A stretch of 64,000 nt of DNA, taken from positions 62,001-126,000 of the forward strand of contig NMRA01000314.1 in NCBI GenBank assembly GCA_002633005.1. The letters run 5' to 3'. Origin of the DNA: Phoronis australis (taxonomy: Eukaryota; Animalia; Phoronida). The translations under genes and the position numbers were made by a program. Shown one piece after another: positions 50,501 through 63,551 of the stretch; position 1 is the first letter of the stretch; each line of letters starts with the position of its first letter. The notes under the pieces are model-generated. The model did no database searches, was not told the origin of the DNA, and was given only the letters and a program-made list of their open reading frames with translations.

Positions 50501-52475
50501 GATGTTTTTCTATGTTCATCTTTACAGTATTGTTTTGCCAATTTCCTGCAATCCAGTTATCCTTTTTTATCTATGACAACATTCCTTCGCTTAGGCCACG
50601 GCTATAGTACATCTCGGAATATAAGCGTGCTCTGTTCCACAATCCTTAAATTGTGACAGTTTACGCAGTCTCCCAATTCGCAAGCTTTCGCATTTTTTCG
50701 TTGCGACAACGGTTTGTGGTTCGCGGCGTAGTACAAACTGTTGAAACCGACGCGATGTTGTTGTATATTCAGAAGCAAAAACTGGAAGTTTGATTTTTAA
50801 GCTTACTTCACATAATTAGCTGGAATAAATAGAAAAGGTTTAGTTTGACAGGAAATGTTGACGACGTATAAAATTACGTTGGGTTACGATTTAGAATTTT
50901 TCCAAGAACTGGCGACAAGTTGGGCCTGAGAGTTGAAGTTGAACCTTAGTTGGCGAAACAGTGTCTCATACGTCAACACCTGAAACGAAAGGTTTTTAGA
51001 AATACGAGTGTTATGAATACACCGTGGCTGCAAGTTAATCAGTTAAAACTTAGGCAAAATATTTAATAGAATGTCCTCTGGGCCAACAGAGTTATTTTTA
51101 TTTTTACCAAGTATTGAAGGCCGAGTGCCAAATGCAGTTTCTGACCAAATTGTAATACCGGCACATTTAAAAACAGTTCTTGAAGCTTTGATGATATCTT
51201 GAAAATTTTATGGCTTTTGACCCAGCAAAACTCCGGCAATTTGCTTGTCACCTGATGACGACTCCGGTCGCTATCACAACCCATGCATTGCCGTGTTCAG
51301 AAACTCGTCTTTCGCAGACACACACGCTTTCTACACTATATGTGTTTCGACCTCGCGAGCGAAATGATGTGAAAGGACTTGTTTACTCCGTAAGCCATCA
51401 CTAGCACGTAAAATCTTACTGATATACTATTAGATTATCTCCACTACATGGAGTACTTTCAGACGAAACGGTATGACGTTAACTTGTAAAATTGAGCATC
51501 AAAAACAATGATAGACAATCATTTCTGCTAAATTGATAACTAGGCCTCATTTGTCGTGCTTCCCTAGCTCGTATAATGTATGTTTACTGAACTACACTGT
51601 ATTTCTGTGAGGACTCGCCAAATGTCGTCAAGTTCCGCAAGTTGTTTAGCAGTTCTTTGGTTAGCCGACTCATGGACGAAACGGTTTCGCCACCTGGTGG
51701 CTGGGAAGGCAACTTGCGGAAAATAACAAAATCCGCCACTATGAAGTCTTACGTGTCACAGAAGTCACGCGTCTTCTGAGGTGTTTGTGCTTTTAAGGTA
51801 AAACTTTCAATTACGATGAAGTTTAGCTCAATGCTACTGTGATGCAATTGGGCGCATACAAAAACTGCTCAAGCCTGGCGCCATAGTTTAAATTGCTTTG
51901 ATCACTTAAATTATATAGGCAATTGCCACAGAAGAGTCCTTTCACATTTCTGGTGCAGATGCCCAGAAGCACGAAAAGTTGGTGTGAGTGCACGAGAAAT
52001 AACGTGACTTAAGTCGAATGGTCATTGTTGTCTTTGGAACTTTGTAGTCAGTGCTTACATGCTTATATCGAAAAAAAAATAAAATCAGCTGGCAAATGGG
52101 TGCATAGATGAGATTTTCATTGTCTGTTTCACTCTACTTGGATATTTTTACACCTGCGTGGTCATCAATTAATTTGCAGAACAGGACTCGCCGCTATAAG
52201 TCACGGTCGGACCCTGTGCTGCAGTCACAATAGTGTTTTGTTTACAAAAGTTGTGACTACGTATGTAAACCAGAGTGTTTCGTAGATTTAACGTATAGTT
52301 GAGAGCAAAGTTCTCCGCAGATGAAATAAAATGGCTGTGCTTATTAAACGCATTAGAAGTTTCCGAACATGTTGCTTTTCTGGGAAACACGTTTTGCGGG
52401 TGATGTTTGCATTTGACTATTCAATTCGCCTTTTCGCTTATAGCGTTGAACTCCATTGGGATGCCTGGATATAGT

Positions 52476-52548
52476 GGTCCCGTTGGCTCAGTGGCGAGAG
52501 CGTCTATACGGTTATTAGAAGATCCTGGGTTCGAGTCCTGGTCGGGGG
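52476..52548 (+). repeat. tRNA-derived SINE head / tRNA pseudogene, copy 1
   Basis: A box TGGCTCAGTGG and B box GGTTCGAGTCC with tRNA spacing; anticodon arm imperfect. Confidence 0.6.
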
Positions 52549-52736
52549 CAGAAATCTTTTCGGACTTATATTCATTAGATCACTTGATGTGATCAAAAAG
52601 ATGACGCATTGAACGGGATAAACTACTTGCAACATATTCCAAACCTCACTGAAAAAGATGATGTTTATACACATAACGGAGATCATGGGTAAGAAGCCCA
52701 TCATTAAGTCTGACTCGATTTCTGTGTCTGACCAGT

Positions 52737-52809
52737 GGTCCCGCTGGCTCAGTGACTAGAGCGTCTCCACGGTTGGCAGAAGGTTCCCTGTTCGAGTCTC
52801 AGTAGGGTT
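52737..52809 (+). repeat. tRNA-derived SINE head / tRNA pseudogene, copy 2
   Basis: GGTCCCGCTGGCTCAGTGACTAGAGCGTCT...GTTCGAGTCTC is a diverged copy of 52476-52548. Confidence 0.55.
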
Positions 52810-52864
52810 CAGACACCTTTTCCCACCTATCAGAACGCAGCGAACCAGCGAGGCAAACTAATAC

Positions 52865-53327
52865 CACCGTCACACCAGAGGGTCGGTGCCACTACGGTTT
52901 TTGGTCAAAACCGCCATCACCGTAGTGACACCGCCAGAAGTGTTTCATAGTTTTCCCCTACCCGTCACACATGTTTTTTTCTTCGCGACACGGGATAGCC
53001 GTACATGTAGGGTCTCTCTTATACGTTTCCGGTGATTGCACGGCGGTTGTACTGCGGAAGCACGGGGGTGATGGAGGTGGTACTGCGGTCTTTGTGCGGT
53101 GCCACGGCGGACATGATTGACAATGTCACAGCGATCTCACTGCGGCCGGATTGGCCCAACCCGCGGTGGCACTGCGGAAGTTTGGAGCATGTTCAAAGTT
53201 TCCACCGTGCCACCGCGAAGGTCCGCGGTGCTACGGCGATCAATGGAGGAACCACGGCGGAACCGCGGCGATCATGGCGGTGGCCCTGCGGTTTATGCCG
53301 TACACGCACAGCACCGGTGTGACGGGG
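52865..53327. mobile_element. GC-rich MITE
   Basis: Termini CCGTCACACC / GGTGTGACGG, with many internal CCGCGG/CACGGCG modules against an AT-rich background. Confidence 0.6.
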
Positions 53328-54256
53328 TTATAACTAACACTAGACTCTTGGTCAATGTTGCATCAATGGTTTGTAAAAAGGTTTTTTTTGGTCCACAAAC
53401 AACGGAAATACTAGGAACCAAAATCTTGAAGACATTTGTAAAGGTCAGCTTTGACTATGCCTTATTACACTGCGGCTGAATTTTCTAGCTTCACGTAGGA
53501 TTTCGCGTGATTGCGCCTGATCTTGGAACTATGGTCTGCTGTGACACTCACTATCCATGTGAGTGTCCTACTCAAACAAGACCAATGCAGTCATTTATCA
53601 ATGAATTCCGAGTGTTGCGACAAAGACGTCCTTTTCCGTTCGCAGTCAAAACCGACTACCTTTTCGTTGTGACAACAAAGGCAATGCTTCAGGTATACAG
53701 TGAAATCTGATCTCGGCTACAAGCATGAAACCTGGAACATTACTATTCTAGACTATGTTCATTTTCAAGATTCAAGTTACAAACTTGAGTCGAAATTCGA
53801 GATTTCGAGTTTAGGCTCAAACTTGTGACTTCAATGTTGGGGTCATAAAGTGCAAAATAGGATTACAAATGATTCGTGTAAACTCAAGAACAGAATTGTA
53901 GATAATTATTTTGATTACGCTTTCATGTAGAAGAAAAATGTCGAAAATAAATTCAAGTTCGGTTTCTAGTAGACATATAGTTCCCCAGGCATTGAACTCG
54001 AACTCAAAACCGTTGAACTCTAAATTGTATTAGGCAAGGAGACTGTAGCTAGGTTTCGAGAATAGAACGTCTAGATAGCTGACAACTCCGTGTACGGTTT
54101 CTGTGGTCTGCACTTTTGCGGCAGTTAGGCAGGTAACGATCATCAACAGTATCCACGCGATGTGAGGAATAAGCACCATCCAGTTTTACATCAGATTTGG
54201 ATCTGATCATGTTCACTAAAGAACATCACCGTGTTGAATTGTAACTTCGTATCTGC

Positions 54257-54396
54257 ATGGACGGCGCACCCTAGGGGGCTGGGGGGTTGTAGCTCCCCAC
54301 TTTTTTCAGTGCTGCGCCATCCATTGTCTATGGGCGGCGCACCGCAGGTGGGCTGGGGGTATAGCCCTCCATTTTTTCAGTTCTGCGTTGCCCATG
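54257..54396. repeat. Two tandem copies of a about 65-bp palindromic mini-element; third copy at about 11049-11112
   Basis: ATGGGCGGCGCA...TGCG(C/T)..CCCATG termini and a shared core CCCCACTTTTTTCAGTGCTGCG. Confidence 0.6.
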
Positions 54397-57098
54397 ATCT
54401 GCCGGGCTTTACACAACAACTAGACCTCAAAAGGTGCTCAGAACAACCCATGCAAGAACTGACATTTCGCCACCCCTAATTGTCCAGCCACGGTTGTCAA
54501 GCCACGGTTGTCCAGCCACAGTTGTTCAGCTCTAATTGTACACGCGTTAGAAGACATCGTCTAATCACCCTCTCTACAGTCCACCACGTGACGTACATTC
54601 ATCCACGCTCTCGCTCACCCACACAATCACACAACACATGTTTCTTAATCAACTCATACTTAAATTTCCCAAATTCATTAAATGTTAGCCCACTTTAGTT
54701 TTTACTGGCTACATCTTTTACACCGTTGAAGTAATGACAAAATTCAAAAAAGCGTGCTTATATAATTTCTTTCCTCTACAGTAACAGAATGTCGGGTACA
54801 ACCAAAATACTTTTACATATAAGAAAGTGTCTCATGTCGACCAATACACTTGTCGATAACATCTCAGTTAAACCTAATTCAGGATTTTTTGCCACAGCAT
54901 AGTCCCAAAAAGGCATTTTAATGTCTCAACTGACGTTTTTCATCAAATGTGACTGCTATCTTGTTTCGCACGCACACCGTTCCCGCACCCACGCCCGCAC
55001 ACGGATTGCCCGCAGAAACACCGACAAGTTGCAAATCCCTGCCAGGGATACGTACGCGTTTCGTATCACAGTTCTTTTGCTAATCAATGGAAGACAAACT
55101 GAATTCTAATGAATCATTTACAGAGGACATTTCCATACAACTGGTTATCCGCTGCGAAATCTCACACGTAGGGCATTACTGCATTAACAGTCATTCTAGT
55201 CTAATTTGGGCAGCTAATAGACAGTTTTATTGGCCTTATTGCAAGTCTTTGTTTCTAAATTAGTTTTTCCTCCTAATAAAATCCCTTCCATTTCCTCGCA
55301 TATTTTAACCGCGTCAACTTTTGTGAAATCGTCTGAGCTCCTGTTCAATAACCACACACAAAAGAATGTGTATCAGAGCATTCGATATGGCGACTACTCA
55401 CGTGACTTCGGCGAGTTGCCACTATCACTGCGTCCTTCGGACAGTTAAGTTGTAAATGGCCGCTATATTTCGGAAATTCACAAATCATGTCATCTGGATT
55501 CGGCAATGATGTTATGCTTAAGTATTCGCCTACTAGATTCAATTGTATTTAATAAAATTAGTTTAAATTCGGTAATTACCATAAATGTTGTTGAAGCTCA
55601 TCTGGCATTCATGCAATGTGTATTTTTAAGGTTTTATTTCCGCAAACGCGAATGCTTATCCTCAAATATGGAGCATCTGAAAGGTATGAACTTTTTGTGT
55701 CATTATTCCGTTGTTGGCGCTGTACAGGGACATGCGAATGTAATATCGAAAATGACAAATCAGCGTCTTCTGTACGGTAACGGGACAGACAAGCTTAACT
55801 CAGATGCCATTTAAAAACCCAGTGAAACACCGCAAAATTGCAAATGCGCCTAAGTAAGCACAGCATTTCTAGTTTTTCATTCATCTCGACACAATTGGTC
55901 TTCGCAGCTGATTGTCGGTTTGGGACGCCAAATTCGCTCTGAACACAGATAGGTCATAGTAATTAACACAATTGCAGTCCCACTAGAGATGTGATTTGTC
56001 CTGTTAACTATTCTAATAACCAAAGCCAAAGGTTTTGCACACACAAATTGCAACTGTACTGATCTATATTTTGACTTTGCAATTTCATTGGTGTTCATTT
56101 ATGACCACTTTAAAACTAATTCTCATGGAGTGAACTGTCACACTTCCAGTGGCGGTTTAGTAAGTTCTCGCCTGTGTAAACGCTTGTTTTGAATCCCGGC
56201 TGCGTCTTTCATTATTGATGTCGTCGCCACGTTAATGTTTATTGATTATTAAACAGACAGAAAACGATCTCTTTCGGTTTGGGTCGCTTAAATTGCCTCC
56301 GAAACAGCGGTACATATAGACAAAACGACAGGTTGTCAAGGATTTCCGCAATCAAAAATGCAGTATGAATAGTACAACACCCGTAAGCGTAAACGACTGA
56401 TAAAACAGAGTGTCGTAATGAAGCGATTTTAGATATCCCATGTTCTAATGTTTCGTGCACGTGCGTTTCTGTGCGTCTAGAATGCGAAGCATACAGGGTG
56501 TTAGAACGCACAATGAAACTGCCGGAGACTTTGCGGTTATCTATTTTATTACTAAGGGCTCCCGGCCCTTTATTTTAGCATATATGGAAGTTAAAGGGAC
56601 AGTTTGGATGTCAATGTTGAATTATTAATCGGAGCCTTATGGGATTTAAAAACATTAACGCACATATCCAATCTTGAAATTGCTGCTAGTGCTAAGTGAG
56701 CCGGTAACTCGAGTCTCAAACAATGCATAAAAGCGCAATTTTAGGGTTGGCTAACCGCAGTAAACTCATTACTTTTGTTCCTGAGTAACTGATGGCTCCG
56801 ATACTCTTTTGGTAGCGAAAAATAAATCCTGTCATGGTAAGGAAAACTATGGGACCGATTTCATGACCTTGCATGGCCTAATTCACGTCTCGCTTTTTGA
56901 CTGCTAAAACAAACACGTTTCTGCTGATGCTCTGCGGAAATGTGTGCCACTGCACTTGCATCGCTATAGAGGTTCGTGAACGTTTCCTTCATTAGGCTTA
57001 TTATTTTTCTGTTGTAAACGCACAAGTAATAGTAAAAACGCTTTATTGACGATCCTGCTTGCTTTCATTCGAGCGCAGGTGGAATGTGTAGTATCAAA

Positions 57099-57459
57099 TG
57101 ACGTCAGGCCAATGAGCCAATCAGCACTGGGCTTACCACCGGAAGTATTTTGCCTTGATTAAGATCTAGCCTTTGCGGAGGTGAAATTTACATTCAACAA
57201 TTAACCGTGTATAGTCAATAAAACAAATTGCTTAAGTCAATAGAAAGTGGAAAGAAATTCTCATTTGACGTTAATTTGCAGTTAAACAGTTACTTGAATA
57301 ATTGGTCCAATCAGCGAGATTTCGTCGAGCACAATAGAAATCGTTTTACGTCAGCCGGAAAGCGACGCTAAAGTCCTGCTATATATCTGCTTTATAAGGT
57401 TTATATTTCCATTTGCTGGTTCTGCCAAGTCGTCGAACAATCGCCAATATCAGGTTAGT
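57099..57459 (+). promoter_or_regulatory. Probable promoter and non-coding exon 1 of the CCK/SK precursor gene
   Basis: Perfect CRE TGACGTCA (57099), CCAAT at 57109, 57117 and 57307, ETS CCGGAAGT (57139), CRE-like TTACGTCA (57346), TATA-like TATATA/TATAA (57380-57397), and donor CAG|GTTAGT (57453/57454). A matching acceptor cctatttcag| lies at 61850, 110 nt upstream of the precursor ATG. Confidence 0.55.
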
Positions 57460-58632
57460 TAATTTTAAGCTTCCGTTTACAACAACATTGGACTTATTCA
57501 GGATCAATCCTGTAGCCTAATTTTAACACATAAAATGAATATTTAAGACGTGTCTGGTTTTACGTCTTGGAAACTTTGTGAAAGAAACTTTATAATTTTT
57601 GTAGAATTTGCATGCAGTCGTTAGCAATCTCATGGGTAGAAAAGGGCATTAAGTCATATACGTCCATTTCTGCTATTGTTTTCCTACCGAATACTAAGTG
57701 AACACGCCTGTAGTTGTCTGTTGTACCACGAACAGCAATTGTTACCTGTCATAATATTAAGACCGGTTTAATTGCTGAGATTGCATTCTACACGGACTAC
57801 GGCTAGACTGGGGTGATTGTATGTCCTTGCCTCGTTAGTCAAATGTAACTTTTGACATCATAATACAGTATGAGACGCATAAGATAACAAAACGTTTATA
57901 AAAATTCATAAAATAATACGTTGTAGGTGTTATGGAGTTAAATGTCGTTTAATAACTTGAGTCTGTACTGTGGCGATATAGATAGTTTGGCACTATTAGT
58001 GATACAATACAAAAAGCAATAAAAGTAAAAACCAAGCAGTAAAAAAGTTTGAGCCTATTTCGACCACTGCTCTATTGCGTGACACTGTATTGGTACATGA
58101 ATGTCATTCTTTTGTTTTGTTTTTCTTGTACGCTCCAATAAATGAGCAAAAATGAAAGAAAACTTTTTGATTTTGAGCCAAGGCAGCTTGTAGGCCACAT
58201 AACACACGGTGACATCATTTTTTGGAAAAATTGATGTTTCACTATTTGCACGTGAAAACATCTGCTCTTGATAGGTCCGTAGATAGTTTAGGAAACTTCG
58301 TTAAGCCAAAGTGGCAAACTCTCAGGCGGAACCGGAATATTAACATACGTCTCGCCTATAAATTTCAGTACGTGGTTGCCACAATTTGTGCAAAAATTTT
58401 CAGTGACACTAATCCCCGTGGTGTATTTCTTTGAAATACTGGTTTCACAAAAAGGGTGTTGTGTTTTTCTAGAACAACGTCTGCCCTGCTGTTCGTTTAT
58501 TCTAAATTTGTGACGTCATGTCCTTATTTTTCAAAATGGTTTCAGAAAATAATGACATGTACGCATAAAACAGTAAATTTTCCAGAACACGATGGTAGGC
58601 TAATGTCTGAACAGCATGCTCTCGTGCCTAGC

Positions 58633-58936
58633 CAGTGGCGGATTTAGAGGGGGGCCAAGGGGGCCATGGCCCCCTAAAATTCTCCCAGATTGCATTTGGC
58701 TGTTCGGAGGTGCGAACGTCTGACGGGCAAAATCTAGGCGTGCGTTCAATAGAAGATAGGACCTAGCTAAAACCTAGTTAAAGTCACGTGTTCTCATTTA
58801 TAATGCACGGCAATATCTCACGTAATCTCGCGAAGTCTTGCTTTTTAGCGAGGTCTTAGCGTTACTGAACGGGAGGCAGGCTAATACTCTGTCTTGCCCC
58901 CCCCCCCCAAACTCAAATATTCTGGATCTGCCCCTG
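58633..58936. mobile_element. Same CAG(T/G)GGCGGAT MITE family, interrupted by a nested insertion
   Basis: CAGTGGCGGATTTAGA...TCTGGATCTGCCCCTG with flanks CTAGC/TTAGC. The left part matches the reverse complement of 14950-15051. Confidence 0.7.
58737..58880. mobile_element. About 145-bp MITE nested in the previous element (3-bp TSD CTA, PIF/Harbinger-like)
   Basis: CTA on both sides, subterminal IR CGTTCA(A/G)TA / TACTGAACG, and a second copy in reverse orientation at 32881-33036. Confidence 0.7.
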
Positions 58937-61900
58937 TTAGCATCCGTTAAAGCGATGTCTGCAGTGTTGCTATAAAACCGTAAAATTAAAAATCCGATTT
59001 CACAATGTATTGTGAAAGTTCCATCTGCCGTGCTTTTAACGAATGCCTCTACCCCTCAAAATTAAGCTCCGCCGAATACGTCACGAAAGTTTCAAAATAG
59101 AAACCACTGTTAAACCAAAGCGTTTTCGAAACCTTAAATCAGAACTCGACGCGGAAGCTGCGCAAGCCAATACTTTGTGTTACGCATCGTTAAACTATTT
59201 TATTGGATTCCAATTGAGGAAAGCCCTTTGGAAGTAATTAACAGACTTATCTCAGATCACGCACGTCATTTCGTTTTCGTGAACGAGAGTTTTCGAAGAT
59301 GTCTGAGCATACCAGTTCTATGTCTAAGCTATGCAATGGTTCAAATTCGATTTGAAATCGGCATTCGTTGGAATTACGCTCTGTTTTTTTTTTTCTTTCA
59401 GTTTTTAAAAGCAGGTCGCTCTTCTCATTCACAAAAATGTGATTTAAGAATTTGGCGGCAGTGACTCGTACTGTGATAGTCGTGATAAGGCAGAATTGGT
59501 TTTCATTAAATAATCTCTACTCAAAAGATTTAAACAGAAACACGATTCAAAAAAAAACGTTTTGATATGCGTCAGTTATTGTATGTCCTAAGGGTTTTAC
59601 GTAATAGCAAGTTAAAAACGATACTTTTTGTAATTTCCGGTTGCGACGGACCAGTGCAAATATCTTTACACTGAACTCTTCTCTAAATCCGCGCTCGTGC
59701 GTGATGAGAGGCAGTGTGTCATTGACGAAAGCTTCAGTTGTTTGAAAAAAATAGTTCGTTAATTATTGTCCTTGCATTAAAGTGAGATCAATTGTCACTA
59801 TCAATAGCGAAGTTAAGATTAGGCGCCAATTAATGTTGATATATCGTAACTACAAAATAATGTACTCGTAATTGACTCTTTAAAGAATGATGCAGGCGAA
59901 TCCTGGAGGTGAATATTCCGCTCGTAGTTGTGCTGCTGTGGGATTCACCTACTTAATACATCACGCAGTCAACGTATCGGTTATTCTGCATACGTAGTTA
60001 AACGAGATTATCCATGTCGTTCGTAACATTCGAATGACACGTGAATTAAAGATTTGAATCTCAAACACCCTGCGACAAAAAGTATAAGTTCGTGTGCTTG
60101 GAATACAATCTCCGCGACACAAAAAAATCACTTGAGATATTCCAGGTTCACCATCAGCCCACGCAGTGATCAAGAATCGTCCTCTTGTTGCAAATAATGC
60201 ATTACGAGCAACGTAGCCAAAGTGTAACCATGCAACTCTCCTACATGTACAGCGTGTATTTCACGGATGACGTGTCGACACTTTACGAATAACTAAAAAA
60301 ATTTAAGTGCCACTCCTGTATACATATCGTGAGTACAGTGAATGCAGTTATTAAGACTAGCGGACGATGGTAATAAGTGATTCTATATTTAAATGATTTT
60401 ATTTACGGGGCGTTGTTTCGAATCCAACTTGCCAAAAATAAAACACAGCAGAAGTGCGTCACAAGCCGGAACAAAAACTAATCAGACAGCGTGAGAGTGA
60501 AGTTTTGGATGGGTACGCACGATGTCAGAATGGGTGAAACATTAACTTCATTGGAAGATTTCGGCAACGGGTTTAATTATAAAAATTTCTACCCAATCAA
60601 CTCACAGCGTTTAAATGAACGCATTCGACTGAGACACTGACGAACATCGCAGTTCTTCAAATAATCCTTTGTCTACCCGCAGCCACCATCTTTATTGTGA
60701 CGTAATATAAGAACTGTTTTCGATAGTATCTTAGTTTGACTTGATTAATGATTGCAAATTAATTAATGATTTCAAATCAATTAACGATTACAATGCAGTC
60801 TCAGATTAAGATTTGAAGCGTCTGTAAAGGCCACGTTCCATCCAAGAAGCGAAGTTTTGAGTCAGAATGACTCACCGCTATAAAGTTGGCCTCATCATAT
60901 CAATTACTCAAATGAGACGTTCTTTCTGGATTTGCAGAGAATTATCAGTTTGTTACTCCTTAATATAGTCCGGCGCAAAAGTGACGTGCCGTGACAAGCC
61001 CGGCAACTTGTAGTATTTGGTCTCAAGCAATAAGGAAGCTATCATTTTTCATGGCCTGAAATCACCCCCTTTCGGACAAAGGAATGGTTTGACAGCAGTT
61101 TCACCAAGGCAAAGACAAAATGTGTTTTGGAATACAAGTCGGGTTCATGACCGATTTAAACAATAAACTTCAGGATTTCTACAAAGTACTTTCATTAAAC
61201 TGCTTTACAAACGTGCCCTTTTAGCCGTGAAAACTTCAAGCTTTACCAAGTTTGTTTTATATTTGAATTATGACCCCTTAGTATTGATTCCGACCACGTT
61301 CGTCGTCCTCCGTTTGCATGTTTCCTGTTCCGGTTGTTAGAGCCTTTCCACCGGTTACTCCCGGCACTTCAAAGAGTTACGATGGACTGTTTACTAGTCT
61401 GCATGAATAGCTCGCTTTGCCGCCAATTAGCATGCAAGAGTTGTAACGCACTGCATAAGAGTTTGTCAAAGGACTGTAATTGGATTTAAAATGTCCGCGA
61501 CTTGACATGAAAGTGGCGATCACTCGTGAAGAGTCACAGATCACTCAACTTGAACTAAACTTTGTGGCAGTCATGCCTCCGTACGTTTGATTGATATCAA
61601 TAGATCTGAGATTCCTTAAAACTTTTACAACTTCCAGACTAAGTCGTCATGGTCTGGATAGTTTCAAATCAATTAACTACTTGTTCAGCTCCGAATGAGG
61701 GTTTTCGTTGGCAAGAGTTATCGATATGCATTAAAAACCTTTCAACGCCCCACGTGCAGCACTTCAAGGATGTTACGTCAGCCACACAGTGGCTGATTTG
61801 CATATTGGCTATGCCTGCTTATTGTTCACCACAATAACGTCCTATTTCAGATCATTAGAGTGAACAGCAGCTATACACGGAGTCTGATAACATTCTAAAG

Positions 61901-61960
61901 GAGAGGACAGCGACCGGTGATCACCCAGCGTCTCATATTTGAACGGACATAAAACGCAAC

Positions 61961-62488
61961 ATGAAAAATTTAATACGATCCGTTTTACCGCTGATCTCCA
62001 TCTGCCAGCTGGTGCACGTGGCGAATAGCGCGCCATTTTTCACAAAAGTTCCACAGCACTCGATAATGGGTTTCGTAGATATACTCAAAGACTTTTCAAG
62101 TCGACATCCACATACCAAGGAACTAGACCAACGTCCGGAACAACCACAAGAAATGGGTCCCAAACAGGACGAATATGGCGCTAAAGACATGCTGTATCCT
62201 ATCCTAGTCAGCAGTAAGGCAGAAGAGAGATTTGAACCTTTAAGTCAAAGAACTCTTTTTGGGCAAAAGCTGAGTAAACCCTCCGAGGCAAACCAAGATG
62301 TAGAAAACCTGTATGATATACCAAACGATAAACGGGATTATGGAATCGGCGGCGGCAGATTCGGTAAGCGCAAGTCCCCAACGAAGAAGACCCCCCGATC
62401 GCGTTATTTTTACGGAGGAGGCCGTTTCGGACGATCAGTGGCTAATTTTGATCACGTTGACCCTGAAACGGAAGAGGCGTTCGACTGA
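61961..62488 (+). CDS. CCK: Cholecystokinin/sulfakinin (CCK/SK)-type neuropeptide precursor, 175 aa
   Basis: Signal peptide (MKNLIRSVLPLISICQLVHVANS|A), long propeptide, then KR-DYGIGGGRF-G-KR and R-SRYFYGGGRF-G-R amidation/cleavage cassettes near the C-terminus, and an acidic tail. DYG(L/I)GGGRFamide is the known molluscan/lophotrochozoan CCK/SK motif. Confidence 0.9.
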   Translation: MKNLIRSVLPLISICQLVHVANSAPFFTKVPQHSIMGFVDILKDFSSRHPHTKELDQRPEQPQEMGPKQDEYGAKDMLYPILVSSKAEERFEPLSQRTLFGQKLSKPSEANQDVENLYDIPNDKRDYGIGGGRFGKRKSPTKKTPRSRYFYGGGRFGRSVANFDHVDPETEEAFD

Positions 62489-63551
62489 TCATGATATCTA
62501 TAAACATCCGCTTTAGTCCTGTTACATACTTCAGTTTTTGGATTGTTTCGCACACCAATCTGGTTGTTACCCGTTAGCGCGAATTCCCACAGGACAAAAC
62601 TTCAATCTGTACTTCCGTCCTTTGGACAGTTTTCAGTGTTTTTACAGTGCCAAGATAAACAGTCTTCTTCACGAGCTGCATCGTCGTTCTCCGCTAGGTG
62701 CGTTCTGGGCGCAGTTGCTTCTCACAAGTGGTTTGGTTTCCCCATGATCTATAAGATGAATATCACCTTTTGTCACAAATTACAATTTTTAGTTTTCAAA
62801 CAACAAGTTTAATTGGCTTGAAGCTGCTCATGAGGAACTCAAACACACTGTTCGGACTAAAAGTGCGATGTTTTGAGAGAAAAATGGATGTTTGTAAGAC
62901 ACGAATTGTGGTCTGTTAGACAGCAAACGCCTGGCTGTTTCCAGGAGAAAATGTGCTGTTGGCGAGAATGTCCACGTGAACAGTGAAGAAAGAAGGAGAA
63001 GTGAATTGACGAACTCAGTGTATACATGCATGGCACAGTTACGTAAGAAACAACTGAGACAACTGAGGAAACAAGCTTTCAATTTCTCAATAAGACGTTC
63101 TAACAATGTGTAAGCCGACATGAAAAGAGATACAGCGCACTTGACGGGCCGACATTGGCAAGCAACATCGTGGAGTAACATGGACATGCGTCGACCGGGA
63201 TTTTAAAAGACAAGATTGCTACTTGTGCAGTCCAAAGGAAATTTACTTTTGAAATTGTCTGTGCATGTCGTTGGAGGTCACGTCAGTAATTACACAATAT
63301 ATTAAGGATACTTGGGGGAATACTTGCCGGTATTGCGTCAAACGTCAAAGGTCATGATGTCCTCTTCATTCAGTTAAAAATTATGAAACGAGTTCCAACA
63401 CAAGCTAGTTATGAGTATGACAAACTTTGATTTCAATCGTGCCAATCAATCCTTAGCTGGCAAGAGTTCCGGTAATTTTCAGCTTAAATGGAAGCTATGG
63501 TTGAATTTCTTTTAATGTAAAAATTGTAAATTTTTCATTTGTATAGAATCC

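Noticed and set aside
52865-53479. Overlapping GC-rich ORFs of 60-120 aa
   Set aside because: They lie within a GC-rich MITE where stop codons are rare by composition.
62538-63187. ORFs downstream of and antisense to the CCK/SK stop codon
   Set aside because: No domain, signal or splice support; most simply 3'UTR.
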